A stretch of 64,000 nucleotides of DNA from Flavisolibacter sp. (GTDB lineage Bacteria; Bacteroidota; Bacteroidia; Chitinophagales; Chitinophagaceae): NCBI GenBank assembly GCA_035998945.1, contig DASYHD010000040.1, positions 57,062 to 121,061 of the forward strand, written 5' to 3'. The position numbers were made by a program, and so were the translations under genes. Shown here piece after piece: positions 1 through 10,324 of this stretch; within the stretch, counting starts at the first letter, position 1; every line of letters starts with the position of its first letter. A model generated the notes under the pieces. It was not told the origin of the DNA, did not search any database, and saw only the letters and a program-made list of their open reading frames with translations.

Positions 1-71
1 ATTTTTTCTATAACATTTGAAATCAGCCGACTGAAGGTTTATTTTGTACTGTATCCAAATTTTTCCGTCCT

Positions 72-761
72 ATGATACCGAATAGTTTATTTGGAATCAC
101 CTCTATTGCCTGTTTTTCACTTCCCATTTTTGCCATCCTGTATTTCCGGTTGTACAAGCATGTCAGCCTCATTGCGCTGATGGTGTATTACACATTGATC
201 ATTCTGCACTGCCTCGGCAGCAACACGGTGCCACCGGCGCCGGATCTGCAAAACACCTGGGAGGTAGCTTTCAACTTTATTGAAATTCCGCTCATGCTCT
301 CGGCTTTGCTCTTTTTCTGTCCGGCCAAGCAGAAAAAGCAGAAGATTCATTTTTTGATCGGCTTCTTCATTGCCTATGAATTTTTGATTGCAGCCTTTCA
401 TGGCTTTTCTGCGGTAGCCAGTATGTACGTAATGATGCCGGGTTTATTGGTGGTTGTGTTGTATTCCCTGTTTCTTTTCCTGCGCCAGTTACGGTTTACA
501 GTTGTACATGGTAAAAACTGGGGCCGTGTGCTGATGCTTGGTTCGCTGCTGTTTTCTTACAGTTGTTACCTTGCCATGTTTTACGCTTATTTTTTTGTAC
601 AGAAAGCTGATGTGGCAGGAATTTATTCGGCGCATTTTTTCTCCTCCAGTATTGCTGCGGTGCTGATGAGTGTCGGTTTGTTCCTGATGCGTAATCGCAT
701 TAAAGAGCTGCAGGAACTAAAAGTAACAAGAAGAGAGTTGCAGATGGTGTTCGGGAGTTAG
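72..761 (+). CDS. hypothetical polytopic membrane protein (~7 TM)
   Basis: 229-aa ORF with about 7 hydrophobic segments and a charged C-terminal tail; family not recognised. Confidence 0.75.
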   Translation: MIPNSLFGITSIACFSLPIFAILYFRLYKHVSLIALMVYYTLIILHCLGSNTVPPAPDLQNTWEVAFNFIEIPLMLSALLFFCPAKQKKQKIHFLIGFFIAYEFLIAAFHGFSAVASMYVMMPGLLVVVLYSLFLFLRQLRFTVVHGKNWGRVLMLGSLLFSYSCYLAMFYAYFFVQKADVAGIYSAHFFSSSIAAVLMSVGLFLMRNRIKELQELKVTRRELQMVFGS

Positions 762-840
762 CGGGTGGGAGGATAAAATTTAGGTTTAGGTTAAGGTTGA
801 GCAAATACAACAATTGGCTCTTGCATCTGAAGACTTTTAA

Positions 841-872
841 AAAAAGCTGGTTTGATATCAAACCAGCTTTTT
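841..872. terminator. perfect 32-bp palindrome, probable bidirectional terminator
   Basis: aaaaagctggtttgat|atcaaaccagcttttt, with A/T tails, between convergent genes. Confidence 0.6.
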
Positions 873-1002
873 CTTTTATACTATCCGTAGTAAAAATGGG
901 TTTGGGGTCGCTTTCTTTTATTCCTTCAGCAAAGCCTTTCTTTTTAACACCTTTACTATCTTAACCTTAATCTCAACCTTAGCCTCAACTTACTCTCACT
1001 TC

Positions 1003-2781
1003 CTACAATGCATACCGGTCATTATTGATTACATGTCCTGCAATGCGTCTGCGGGCCTCTTTCGAGTTAAAGGGTTGCGCCTTGGTAAAACGGCGCAGTC
1101 CCATCAGGATCATTCGCTGCTCGTCGCCTTCGGCAAACGCATTGATCGCATCTTTCCCGTTTTTCAGGATCCGATCCGCAGCATCGTACAGGAAGCAGTT
1201 GAGTATGTCTTTGTAAACGCCATCTGCACCTTGTTCCGAAAGCTTCATCACCCGTAACAGCAGGCTTTCAGCAACAAAGGTATCAATGCTCATGTCGGCA
1301 ATGTTGAGCAGAATTTCCTGTTCATTCTGCAACTGCATCATCAGCTTTTGTGCAGCCGCACCCGCTGTCAGCAGCACCGCTTTTTTAAAGCCTTCCACCA
1401 GCTTGCGCTCCTGTGCAAACGGTGTTTCGTCCTCCTCGCCAAAATCAGGAATGCTCATGAGTTCTCCCTGCACTTTCATGGCTGCCCCCATCATGTTCAG
1501 GCGGCCCTGCATGGCACGTTTCAGCGTCATGTCCACCGTCAGCAAACGGTTGATTTCGTTGGTGCCTTCGTAAATGCGGTTGATGCGGCTATCGCGATAG
1601 GCACGGGAAATATTGTATTCGGCGCTGTAGCCGTTTCCACCATGTACCTGCACGCCTTCATCCACTACGTAATCCAGAATCTCGCTGCCATATACTTTCA
1701 GGATAGCGCATTCGATGGCATATTCTTCTGCTGCACCCAGCAACGCTTCGTTGAAGGGCTTGCCTTCCTGCATCAATTCATGTTCCCTGTCGGCAATCCA
1801 TTTGGCCGTTCGGTACAAGGCGGTTTCTGCCGCAAAGGTGCGAATGGCCATCTCCGCCAATTTGTATTGAATAGCACCAAAATTGGCAATCGGGGTTTTA
1901 AACTGTTCTCTTGTTTTGGCATACTGAACCGAAGTGGTTGTGGCATATTTGGCACCGCCAACGGTTGCTGCGCAAAGTTTCAGGCGACCGATGTTCAGGA
2001 TATTAAAAGCGATCTTATGGCCTTTGCCGATTTCGCCCAAAACATTCTCCACCGGCACTTTGCAGTCCTGGAAATAGAGCTGAACGGTGGAAGATCCTTT
2101 GATTCCCATCTTATCTTCTTCGGGACCATTGCTGAAACCTTCAAAGCCTCTTTCTACGATAAAGGCGGTGAATTTGTCTCCATCTACTTTGGCAAAAACG
2201 GTATATACATCGGCAAAGCCGCCGTTAGTGATCCATACTTTCTGGCCGTTGAGCAGGTAGTATTTTCCGTCTTCGCTCAGCCGTGCCGTGGTTTTGGCGC
2301 CCAGTGCATCGGAGCCGCTGTTAGGCTCTGTCAGGCCATAAGCGCCGGTCCATTCACCGCTGATCAGTTTGGGAATGTATTTCTGCTTTTGTTCTTCGGT
2401 TCCAAAGTATAAAATGGGTAATGTACCAATACCGGTATGCGCCGAAATAGCTACAGAAAAGGAGTGGCCGGCACCGAGGTATTCGCTGACGATGGTGGAG
2501 GTGACAAAATCTTTTCCCAGGCCGCCATATTCTTCGGGAAAGGCAACAGCCAGCATGCCCTGTTCACCGGATTTTTGCAGCAGCGACCGCATATAACCCG
2601 GTTCCATTTTATCCATTCGCTCTACGTTGGGCAACACTTCGGTGCGAAGGAACTGATCGCACATGTCGCGGATCATGGTTTGCTCTTCGCTGAATTCTTC
2701 CGGGATAAATGTTTCCCCGGGTGTGCTGCCTTTTACAAGCCATTCGCCGCCTTTGGGGGTTGTGTTGATGGTAGCTTCCAT
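1003..2781 (-). CDS. acyl-CoA dehydrogenase (long form with C-terminal extension)
   Basis: Motifs AYGLTEPNSGSDA, NGQKVWITNG, GVQVHGGNGY and RIYEGTNEI. Start moved to MEATINT (ATG 2781); the ORF track extends to 2820. Confidence 0.93.
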   Translation of the reverse strand: MEATINTTPKGGEWLVKGSTPGETFIPEEFSEEQTMIRDMCDQFLRTEVLPNVERMDKMEPGYMRSLLQKSGEQGMLAVAFPEEYGGLGKDFVTSTIVSEYLGAGHSFSVAISAHTGIGTLPILYFGTEEQKQKYIPKLISGEWTGAYGLTEPNSGSDALGAKTTARLSEDGKYYLLNGQKVWITNGGFADVYTVFAKVDGDKFTAFIVERGFEGFSNGPEEDKMGIKGSSTVQLYFQDCKVPVENVLGEIGKGHKIAFNILNIGRLKLCAATVGGAKYATTTSVQYAKTREQFKTPIANFGAIQYKLAEMAIRTFAAETALYRTAKWIADREHELMQEGKPFNEALLGAAEEYAIECAILKVYGSEILDYVVDEGVQVHGGNGYSAEYNISRAYRDSRINRIYEGTNEINRLLTVDMTLKRAMQGRLNMMGAAMKVQGELMSIPDFGEEDETPFAQERKLVEGFKKAVLLTAGAAAQKLMMQLQNEQEILLNIADMSIDTFVAESLLLRVMKLSEQGADGVYKDILNCFLYDAADRILKNGKDAINAFAEGDEQRMILMGLRRFTKAQPFNSKEARRRIAGHVINNDRYAL

Positions 2782-2943
2782 ATTCAGGTTTTTTTTAGAG
2801 AAGCTAGTGGTTAGTAGCAAGAAGCCGTAGCCACTAGGCTTGGTTAGTCAATCGTTTTTATTTTCTTTTCCGACGCGTTCAAGGCGTTTTGTTGATCTGC
2901 TGGCACATCCTGTGTTCAATAACAACTGATAGCTTTCAGCGCA

Positions 2944-3387
2944 CTACTTGCTCAAATTGTCATACACTTTCTGCAGCACTTCTCTGCACATGTCTACCTG
3001 TTCCTGTGGCACCCCGGCCAGTGCTTCGTTCAGGGTTTCTTCGGCCAGTTGCATGGTCAGGTTTTCCAGTGGTTCCGCGTTTTTTGTCAGAAATACATTG
3101 TTAATCCGGCGGTCTTTACCGTCCGGCACCCGTTTCACCAGCGAAAGTTTTTCCAGGTTATCCACCAGGCGGGTAATGCTGGGCTTGTCGCGGAACGTGG
3201 CGTTACACAATTCCTGCTGGCTCATGCCATCGGCTTTCCACAGATGATACAAAACGCTCCATTGCTCAATGGTCAGGTTTACGCCGGCGCCGTTAAATTT
3301 TTTCTGCAGGCGTCGTGCAATGGCAGTTGAAGCCTTGCCTGTGATAAAACTGTATAGCTCTCCTTTTTTAAAGTGAGTCAGTATCAT
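2944..3387 (-). CDS. MarR family transcriptional regulator
   Basis: LTIEQWSVL...DKPSITRLVDNLEKLSLVKRVPDGKDRR winged helix. Start uncertain (ATG 3387 chosen). Confidence 0.9.
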   Translation of the reverse strand: MILTHFKKGELYSFITGKASTAIARRLQKKFNGAGVNLTIEQWSVLYHLWKADGMSQQELCNATFRDKPSITRLVDNLEKLSLVKRVPDGKDRRINNVFLTKNAEPLENLTMQLAEETLNEALAGVPQEQVDMCREVLQKVYDNLSK

Positions 3388-3490
3388 ATGGTTGTTTATG
3401 CAACTACTTAAAAATACAATTCCTTTTGAAACTGCAAAAAAAACTTTCAAAAAAAACCCTGCCGCCGTAAAAGGGCTAGTTTTGAGCCCC

Positions 3491-4624
3491 ATGATTTTGG
3501 TTGCTGTTTCCAGTTTGCTGTTGGCGATGTATGCCTTCCTGATCGGTTTTTATCACCGGCAGTGGAAGCGGTTGAAAACGTACCAGCCATCAGCGCCAAG
3601 CCAGGTAAAAGTTTCAGTGGTGGTGGCAGCACGCAATGAGGAACAAACACTGCCCCTCCTTCTAGAGGATCTGCAGCAGCAGGACTATCCCAAAAGTTCG
3701 TTCGAAGTGATCCTTGTAGATGATTTTTCTACCGATAAAACTGCATCGCTGGGCAAGCAGCTACCGCAAAACTTCAGGATGATACAACCGGGATGCACAC
3801 CTGAAAATTCATCCAAGAAAAAAGCGATTGCAGCAGGCGTGGCAGCAGCCCGTAGTGAACTTATCCTGATCACCGATGCTGATTGCCGCATAGGAAAGAA
3901 CTGGATTTCCATGCATGCCGGATTCTACAGCCAAACCGGTGCTTCCTTCGTTGCCGCCCCGGTCAGATACACTTACCGGAGTTCTCTTTTGCAGGTGTTG
4001 CAGACGCTGGATTTTATTACCCTGCAGGGCATTACGGCCGCCAGTGTGGCAGCCAACTTTGGAATGATGTGCAACGGGGCCAATCTTGCCTATACTAAGA
4101 AAGCATTTGATGCGGTTAATGGCTTTGAAAACATTGACAATATTCCCACCGGCGACGACATGTTGCTGATGCACAAGATCTGGAAACAGGAGCCGGAAAA
4201 AATAGCTTATCTCAAAAGCAAAGAAGCCATTGTTTCTACCGCTGCTGTGCAATCCTGGCGAGAGTTTATTATGCAGCGGCGGCGCTGGGCCAGTAAAACA
4301 CTGGTGTACGAGGATAAGCGACTAATTACCGTTTTAGGCTTTGTTTTGCTCTTGAACCTTTTTCCGATTTTCTTATTGATTGCGGGATTTTTTACACCGG
4401 CTGCCTTTCTTTATCTACTTTTTTATTTGTTGGTAAAAGCACTGATCGAGTGGCCGTTTGTCGCTGCTGTTGCCCGTTTTTTTAGCGAGCAAAAGCTGAT
4501 GCGCTACTTTCTGTTGTTGCAGCCCCTGCATGTTTTTTACACTGTGTTTGTAGGTATCAGCAGCCAGGTCGGCAGTTATGAGTGGAAAGGACGGGCCGCC
4601 AGCCGGCGCGGCGCATTGGGTTAG
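3491..4624 (+). CDS. GT2 family glycosyltransferase with flanking TM helices
   Basis: VVVAARNEE, VDDFSTD, ITDADC (DxD), GDD and QRRRW motifs. Start moved to ATG 3491. Confidence 0.92.
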   Translation: MILVAVSSLLLAMYAFLIGFYHRQWKRLKTYQPSAPSQVKVSVVVAARNEEQTLPLLLEDLQQQDYPKSSFEVILVDDFSTDKTASLGKQLPQNFRMIQPGCTPENSSKKKAIAAGVAAARSELILITDADCRIGKNWISMHAGFYSQTGASFVAAPVRYTYRSSLLQVLQTLDFITLQGITAASVAANFGMMCNGANLAYTKKAFDAVNGFENIDNIPTGDDMLLMHKIWKQEPEKIAYLKSKEAIVSTAAVQSWREFIMQRRRWASKTLVYEDKRLITVLGFVLLLNLFPIFLLIAGFFTPAAFLYLLFYLLVKALIEWPFVAAVARFFSEQKLMRYFLLLQPLHVFYTVFVGISSQVGSYEWKGRAASRRGALG

Positions 4625-4695
4625 AACTTTGTTAACCCTTTTTTGCTTCCGGTGTTTGATGGGGTAGAAGGGCTATTTTTGACGACATTAGAATT

Positions 4696-6063
4696 ATGAA
4701 AAAATTACTTTTTCTTTTCGCTGCTGTTACCACTGCTGCAACGTTGTTTGCACAACCGAAAAAAGTGGTAGCCGATAAAATCATTGCGGTAGTAGGTGAC
4801 AGGATCATCCTGCAATCCGACATTACCAACTCCATTGCCGATGCCCGGCGCAATGGAAATCCTGTTCCGGATAACGCCGAATGTGCTATTCTGGACCAGG
4901 CCCTGGTTTCAAAAGTGCTGATGATGCAGGCAATCAAGGATTCGCTCCCGGTGACCGATGACGAAGTAGAAGCTGACCTGGACCTGCGGGTACGGGAGTT
5001 TATTCGCGTTTACGGAAGCAAGGAAGCCCTGGAAACCATGGCGGGCAAAACCATCTACCAGATCAAGGACGATGCCCGTGAATCGGTAAAAGAAAGCAAA
5101 CTGGCGCAAGCCATGCAACGTAAGATTGTTGATAATGTGAAAGTAACCCCGGCCGAAGTAAAAGCCTATTTCGACAGGATCCCCAAAGATTCGCTTCCTT
5201 TCTTTGAAGCCGAATACCAGATTGGCCAGATTGTTATGTATCCCAAGGCTACCCGTGACATGGAAACTTACGTGGTGGGTGAACTGATGAACTATAAGCG
5301 GCAGGTGGAAAATGGAACCACAACGTTTGAGTCGCTGGCAAAACGTTATTCAGAAGACCCGGGCTCAAAAGACCGTGGCGGGCAATACCAGATCAGCCGT
5401 GCCGATAAAAGCTGGGACCCTGCTTTTGTGGCCGCCGCTTTCCGCCTGAAAGAAGGGCAGATATCCAATCCTTTTAAATCCAAATTTGGTTACCATATTG
5501 TGCAGTTGGTGGAGCGTAACGGCGATGAAGCGCTGGTTCGTCACATACTTCGCGTACCACCTGTAAACGAAGAAGAAGTGGCCGAGGCGACACAGAAAAT
5601 GGATTCAGTACGCAACCTGCTGATAAAAGGCACCATGGATTTCAATACCGCTGCCGGTAAGTTCAGTGATGACGAACAGGCAAAATTTGCCGGACCTTAC
5701 CTGCTGAACCGCTCCGGTGAAACACAGGTGACCATTGATGAAATGGACAAGAGCATCGTAACCATACTAGACCAGCTGAAGGTTGGCGATTACTCCCAGC
5801 CTATTCCGTTCACCGACGAACGCACCCAGAAGAAAGGTGTTCGCCTGATTTACCTGAAAGAAAAATCAGAGCCGCACCGCCTGAATCTTCGGGATGACTA
5901 CAACCGGATTGCCACTGCAGCGTTGGAAGAAAAAAAGTTCAAAGCGCTGGACAAATGGCTCACTGAAAATATGAATGCCCAGTACATTATGTTGGATACA
6001 GACGCGTCATGTCCGCAACTGCAGAAGTGGGCCGAAGCGGCTAAAGCATACGCTTCGAATTAA
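4696..6063 (+). CDS. surA: SurA-like periplasmic peptidyl-prolyl isomerase/chaperone
   Basis: Signal peptide, DKIIAVVG N-domain, parvulin motifs FESLAKRYSEDPGS and SKFGYHIVQL. Confidence 0.85.
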   Translation: MKKLLFLFAAVTTAATLFAQPKKVVADKIIAVVGDRIILQSDITNSIADARRNGNPVPDNAECAILDQALVSKVLMMQAIKDSLPVTDDEVEADLDLRVREFIRVYGSKEALETMAGKTIYQIKDDARESVKESKLAQAMQRKIVDNVKVTPAEVKAYFDRIPKDSLPFFEAEYQIGQIVMYPKATRDMETYVVGELMNYKRQVENGTTTFESLAKRYSEDPGSKDRGGQYQISRADKSWDPAFVAAAFRLKEGQISNPFKSKFGYHIVQLVERNGDEALVRHILRVPPVNEEEVAEATQKMDSVRNLLIKGTMDFNTAAGKFSDDEQAKFAGPYLLNRSGETQVTIDEMDKSIVTILDQLKVGDYSQPIPFTDERTQKKGVRLIYLKEKSEPHRLNLRDDYNRIATAALEEKKFKALDKWLTENMNAQYIMLDTDASCPQLQKWAEAAKAYASN

Positions 6064-6084
6064 GCTGTTGGAAAACATTCTTTG

Positions 6085-6136
6085 GAAAGGATTTCCTGCT
6101 CTTGATGAATATCATGGCGGAAATCCTTTCTTTTTT
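6085..6136 (+). terminator. intrinsic terminator after surA
   Basis: 12-bp arms gaaaggatttcc/ggaaatcctttc followed by a T-run. Confidence 0.6.
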
Positions 6137-6189
6137 ATCCCCAAACGATTACTTTAGTCACTTGTTTATCCTCTAATACGCCTATCTCC

Positions 6190-8037
6190 ATGAAAACCGG
6201 CACGGCTGCTTCTTTGCCTCGTTATGATGAGCTGTTATTTCAAAACGTCTCTGAGATCATCGTTATCACAGACCTGGCTTTTCATGTACAGGCATGGAAC
6301 AAAGCTGCCGAAAACGCCTATGGTATAGCTGCCTGCGAGGCAATTGGCAAATCCATAGGAGACCTGGTGCAGTTTCGTTTTTTAGATACCACACAGGAAG
6401 AATCCATAGCCGACTTGCGGCAAAAGCAGGTGTGGAAGGGCAGAGTGTCGTTTACAAATAGGGAAGGCGAAACCTTTTATTTTCTCCAAACAGTTAAATA
6501 CATTTTCGACAACCATGGCAGCGCTGTTGGCATTCTTGCCCTGGGTCATGATATTACGGCCAGGCAACGGGCCGAGGAGCAGTTGGTAAAAAGCGAACAG
6601 TTTTACCGTACGCTGATTGCAGACTCGCTTGACCTGACGATGTTGCTGAATGCAAAGGGAGAGATTACCTTCTCTACCCCGGCCATCAAGCGTATTTTAG
6701 GGTACACTGAAGAGGAGGTGTTGCATACCAATGCCTTTCAATACATACACCCCGAAGACCTGGGCTGGGCGCTGCAGTCCTTTGAACGGGAGGTAGAAGA
6801 AAATCCCGAGATCAAATTTATTGTGGTACGTATCCAGCGAAAAAGCGGTGAGTGGCTATGGTGCATGGTGCGTGGACACAACATGCTGAACAACCCCAAC
6901 ATCAATGCTGTCGTCATTTACATTCATGATGATACCCCGCGGAAACTGGCTACCGAAGCGTTGCTGGAAAGTGAAAAACGTTTTCGCAACCTGATCCGCG
7001 ATTTGCAGATTGGTGTGTTGTTACAAAATGCCGACGGCAGCATTGAAATGACCAACAATGCCATGTGCCGGATGTTTGATGTGAATGAAAGCGTTTTGTT
7101 GGGCGGTAAAATATGGGAACTTTACACCGATGTTACCCACGAAGATGGCCGTCGCTTTCTGCAGGAAGACCGTCCTTCCTATAGAGCTATGCAAACCAAG
7201 ACGCTGGTTAAGAATGTAGTAATGGGTGTGTGGCATCCCAAACAGCAGGAGCGCATCTGGATCATCATTAATGCCGATCCGATTCTTGACGAGGCGGGGA
7301 ATGTAAAACGTATCGTTTGTTCTTTTACCAATATTACGGAGCGTAAGAAACTGGAGCGAAAAAGCTTTGCCGAAAAGATGGCGCACCAGCGGCAACTGGC
7401 GCAGGCCACCATCGATGGGCAGGAGCAGGAACGGCTTGAAATTGGAAAGGAACTGCACGACAACATTGGCCAGCAATTAACTACTATCAAGCTATTCCTG
7501 GACCTGGCAAAGGCCACCGCCGACGAAGCAACGCAGATTATGCTCAACAGGGCCTTGCGCAATGTAACGGAGTTGATAAACGAAGTGCGATCGATTTCGC
7601 GGTCGCTGGTGCCGCCAACGCTCAAGGATCTTGGCTTTATCGATTCGGTGAATGACCTGATCGAATCCTTGCGTTGTACGCAGTCCATTGCGGTGGAACT
7701 TGATTATTACGAATTTGATGAAGACAAAATACCGGATAACAAAAAGCTGGCGCTATACCGCATTATACAGGAGCAACTGAATAACATCATCAAACATGCC
7801 CGGGCACAACAGGTAGCTATTATTTTACGCCTGACTGCCCATAATGTGCTGCTGCAGATTAAAGATGACGGAATAGGCTTTGAACTGGAAAAAGTAAAAC
7901 GGGGCCTGGGACTAAGCAATATTCATAACCGCGCCGAATTGTTTGGTGGGAAGGCTCTCTTTACGTCTTCGCCCGGCAATGGCTGTGAAGTAAATGTTTG
8001 TCTGCCGCACAATACCGGTGTGGTAGCAATAAATTGA
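6190..8037 (+). CDS. cytoplasmic 3xPAS sensor histidine kinase (HisKA_3/NarX-like)
   Basis: Three PAS/PAC repeats, ERLEIGKELHDNIGQQL H-box, EQLNNIIKHA N-box, DDGIGF and GLGL G-boxes; no TM. Confidence 0.92.
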   Translation: MKTGTAASLPRYDELLFQNVSEIIVITDLAFHVQAWNKAAENAYGIAACEAIGKSIGDLVQFRFLDTTQEESIADLRQKQVWKGRVSFTNREGETFYFLQTVKYIFDNHGSAVGILALGHDITARQRAEEQLVKSEQFYRTLIADSLDLTMLLNAKGEITFSTPAIKRILGYTEEEVLHTNAFQYIHPEDLGWALQSFEREVEENPEIKFIVVRIQRKSGEWLWCMVRGHNMLNNPNINAVVIYIHDDTPRKLATEALLESEKRFRNLIRDLQIGVLLQNADGSIEMTNNAMCRMFDVNESVLLGGKIWELYTDVTHEDGRRFLQEDRPSYRAMQTKTLVKNVVMGVWHPKQQERIWIIINADPILDEAGNVKRIVCSFTNITERKKLERKSFAEKMAHQRQLAQATIDGQEQERLEIGKELHDNIGQQLTTIKLFLDLAKATADEATQIMLNRALRNVTELINEVRSISRSLVPPTLKDLGFIDSVNDLIESLRCTQSIAVELDYYEFDEDKIPDNKKLALYRIIQEQLNNIIKHARAQQVAIILRLTAHNVLLQIKDDGIGFELEKVKRGLGLSNIHNRAELFGGKALFTSSPGNGCEVNVCLPHNTGVVAIN

Positions 8038-8100
8038 CCAGAAGTACGGAGGAGTTTTCCCGCAAAATGCTTTCTAACATTTCGCTAATGGGGATTGCTG

Positions 8101-8108
8101 TAAATTTG
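8101..8108 (+). promoter_or_regulatory. Bacteroidota -7 promoter element upstream of purF
   Basis: TAAATTTG matches TAnnTTTG, 8 nt before the ATG. Confidence 0.6.
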
Positions 8109-8116
8109 CCATCTTC

Positions 8117-9964
8117 ATGAGTGACGCTATCAAACACGAATGTGGTCTTGCCTTCTTACGGCTTCGTAAATCTTTTGCACACTACCAACAAAAATATGGA
8201 ACGGTACTCTGGGGCCTGAACAAGATGTACCTGCTGATGGAAAAGCAGCACAACCGTGGCCAGGACGGTGCGGGTGTGGCTTCTGTTAAGCTGGCTGTGG
8301 AGCCGGGTTACCCCTTTTTATCGCGTATCCGCAGCAACGAGTCGCAGCCTATTGCTGATATTTTCAAAAAAATCGGCGAGGAGTTCAATGAACTGCAAAA
8401 GTTCAATGTGGACATTGCCCAGTATCCTGGATTAATGAAAGGGCATCTTTCGTTCTTGGGCGAACTGCTGTTGGGACACCTGCGTTATGGTACGCAGGGC
8501 CGCAACAGCGTCGACTTTTGCCATCCCTTCATCAAACGTCATACGATCCCTGCACGCAACCTGGCGCTGGCGGGCAACTTTAACCTGGTGAACACCGATG
8601 AACTCTTTGAAAGCATCGGTATGGAACCGGGTAACTTTCAAAAGCAAAGTGATCTTGCTGCCATGATGGAAGTGCTGCATCATTTCCTGGTAAAAGAAGA
8701 TGAGGCTGCCCCACAACAGCTCGATATTGTTTCAGTGCTGAAAAAAACAATTCCGCTGTTTGATGGTGGCTTCCATGTAGGTGGGCTTACCGGCAACGGC
8801 ATTGGTTTTGTTTTTCGCGATGCACATGGCATTCGACCTTCGTACTATTTCATTGACGAAGATGTTGTGGTTGCTGCATCGGAAAGGGCTGCTATTCGCA
8901 CAGCATTTAACGTAGGCGAGAATGAAGTAAAAGAATTGATGCCGGGGCAGGCGCTAATCGTTTATGAGAACGGTGATGTAAAAATAGAACAGGTGGTGGA
9001 AGCCAAAGAGCGCCGGGCCTGTTCGTTCGAACGGATTTATTTCTCCCGCGGTTCTGATGAAAAAATTTACCGCGAACGGTCGCAGTTGGGGTATAACCTC
9101 AGTAAGCAGGTGCTGGAAGCCATCAACTTTGACCTGAAGAATACCATCTTTTCGTTTATTCCCAATACGGCCGAAGTAGCGTTTTATGGCCTTACCAAAG
9201 GCTGTGAAGATTACCTCAATAAGATTAAGCTCGAACGCATTCTTTCCTGGGGAAACAATGTGGACCCGGTTAAACTGGAGGAAATGATCCAGCGCCGTGT
9301 GCGGATGGAAAAGATTGCTATCAAGGATGTAAAGATGCGCACCTTTATTACGCAGGATGTAAGCCGCAACGAAATGGTGCAGCACGTATATGATATTACG
9401 TATGGTACAGTTCGCAAAGGACAGGATACGCTGGTGGTGATTGATGATTCTATTGTTCGCGGCACTACGCTGCGGGAAAGCATCATCCGCATGCTGGCAC
9501 GTCTGGAGCCCAGACGGATCATCATCGTTTCATCGGCGCCACAGATACGCTACCCTGACTGTTACGGCATTGATATGAGTAAGATGGGTGATTTTATTGC
9601 CTTCAATGCTGCAGTGGAACTGCTGAAAGAACGCGGCAAGGAAGACCTGCTGAAAACGATGTACGAACAATGCCAGGATCTGCATGCGAAGAATGAATTG
9701 CACACTGTGAATGTGGTGAAACAGCTGTACAAATCCTTCACCAACGACGAGATCACGGCCAAGATCGCGGAGCTTATTACACCCAAAAGTTTACCCATAC
9801 CGGTAGATGTGATTTACCAAACGATTGAGTCCCTGCACGAAGCCTGCCCCAGTAATTTAGGCGACTGGTATTTTACCGGCAACTATCCCACACCGGGCGG
9901 TAACCGCGTAGTGAACAAAGCCTTTATGAACTACATGGAAGGCCGGAACGAAAGAGGCTATTAG
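8117..9964 (+). CDS. purF: amidophosphoribosyltransferase (Bacteroidota long form)
   Basis: N-terminal HECG, HNRGQDGAG, GHLRYGT, CSFERIYF, PRTase VVIDDSIVRGTT, YGIDM. Confidence 0.93.
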   Translation: MSDAIKHECGLAFLRLRKSFAHYQQKYGTVLWGLNKMYLLMEKQHNRGQDGAGVASVKLAVEPGYPFLSRIRSNESQPIADIFKKIGEEFNELQKFNVDIAQYPGLMKGHLSFLGELLLGHLRYGTQGRNSVDFCHPFIKRHTIPARNLALAGNFNLVNTDELFESIGMEPGNFQKQSDLAAMMEVLHHFLVKEDEAAPQQLDIVSVLKKTIPLFDGGFHVGGLTGNGIGFVFRDAHGIRPSYYFIDEDVVVAASERAAIRTAFNVGENEVKELMPGQALIVYENGDVKIEQVVEAKERRACSFERIYFSRGSDEKIYRERSQLGYNLSKQVLEAINFDLKNTIFSFIPNTAEVAFYGLTKGCEDYLNKIKLERILSWGNNVDPVKLEEMIQRRVRMEKIAIKDVKMRTFITQDVSRNEMVQHVYDITYGTVRKGQDTLVVIDDSIVRGTTLRESIIRMLARLEPRRIIIVSSAPQIRYPDCYGIDMSKMGDFIAFNAAVELLKERGKEDLLKTMYEQCQDLHAKNELHTVNVVKQLYKSFTNDEITAKIAELITPKSLPIPVDVIYQTIESLHEACPSNLGDWYFTGNYPTPGGNRVVNKAFMNYMEGRNERGY

Positions 9965-10324
9965 GTATTTTGTGAGTGGTGAGTTGTAAAGGTCAGGGGG
10001 CGATAAATTATGCAAAACGTTGGTAGTAATGTCAACGTTTTTCTTTTGCCACATTACCTGGTTAGACGAAGCCGGTGTGTGATAACCGAGAGCTTCAGTT
10101 AAAAAATGCTGTTACGTCTTCTAAGAGAATTTTAATGTGTGTAAGGTTCGTGTTAAAAAACATGCGTGAAAACGTACAACTCTGTCCTTTCTTCTTCTGT
10201 TCCTTATCTGCCTGGTCTCCTTTTCGTCGATTCTTATTCGTCTTTCACATGCTTTTAATGACTTCATTCCGCTGTTTTTTTTAACTTGTGTCAATTATTC
10301 AATACGCGAAAGATTGCTTTATAA

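Noticed and set aside
72-761. Microbial rhodopsin or heliorhodopsin
   Set aside because: The last helix has no retinal-binding Lys motif.
1348-2412. 354-aa + strand ORF
   Set aside because: It is an antisense shadow of the acyl-CoA dehydrogenase gene, with no motifs.
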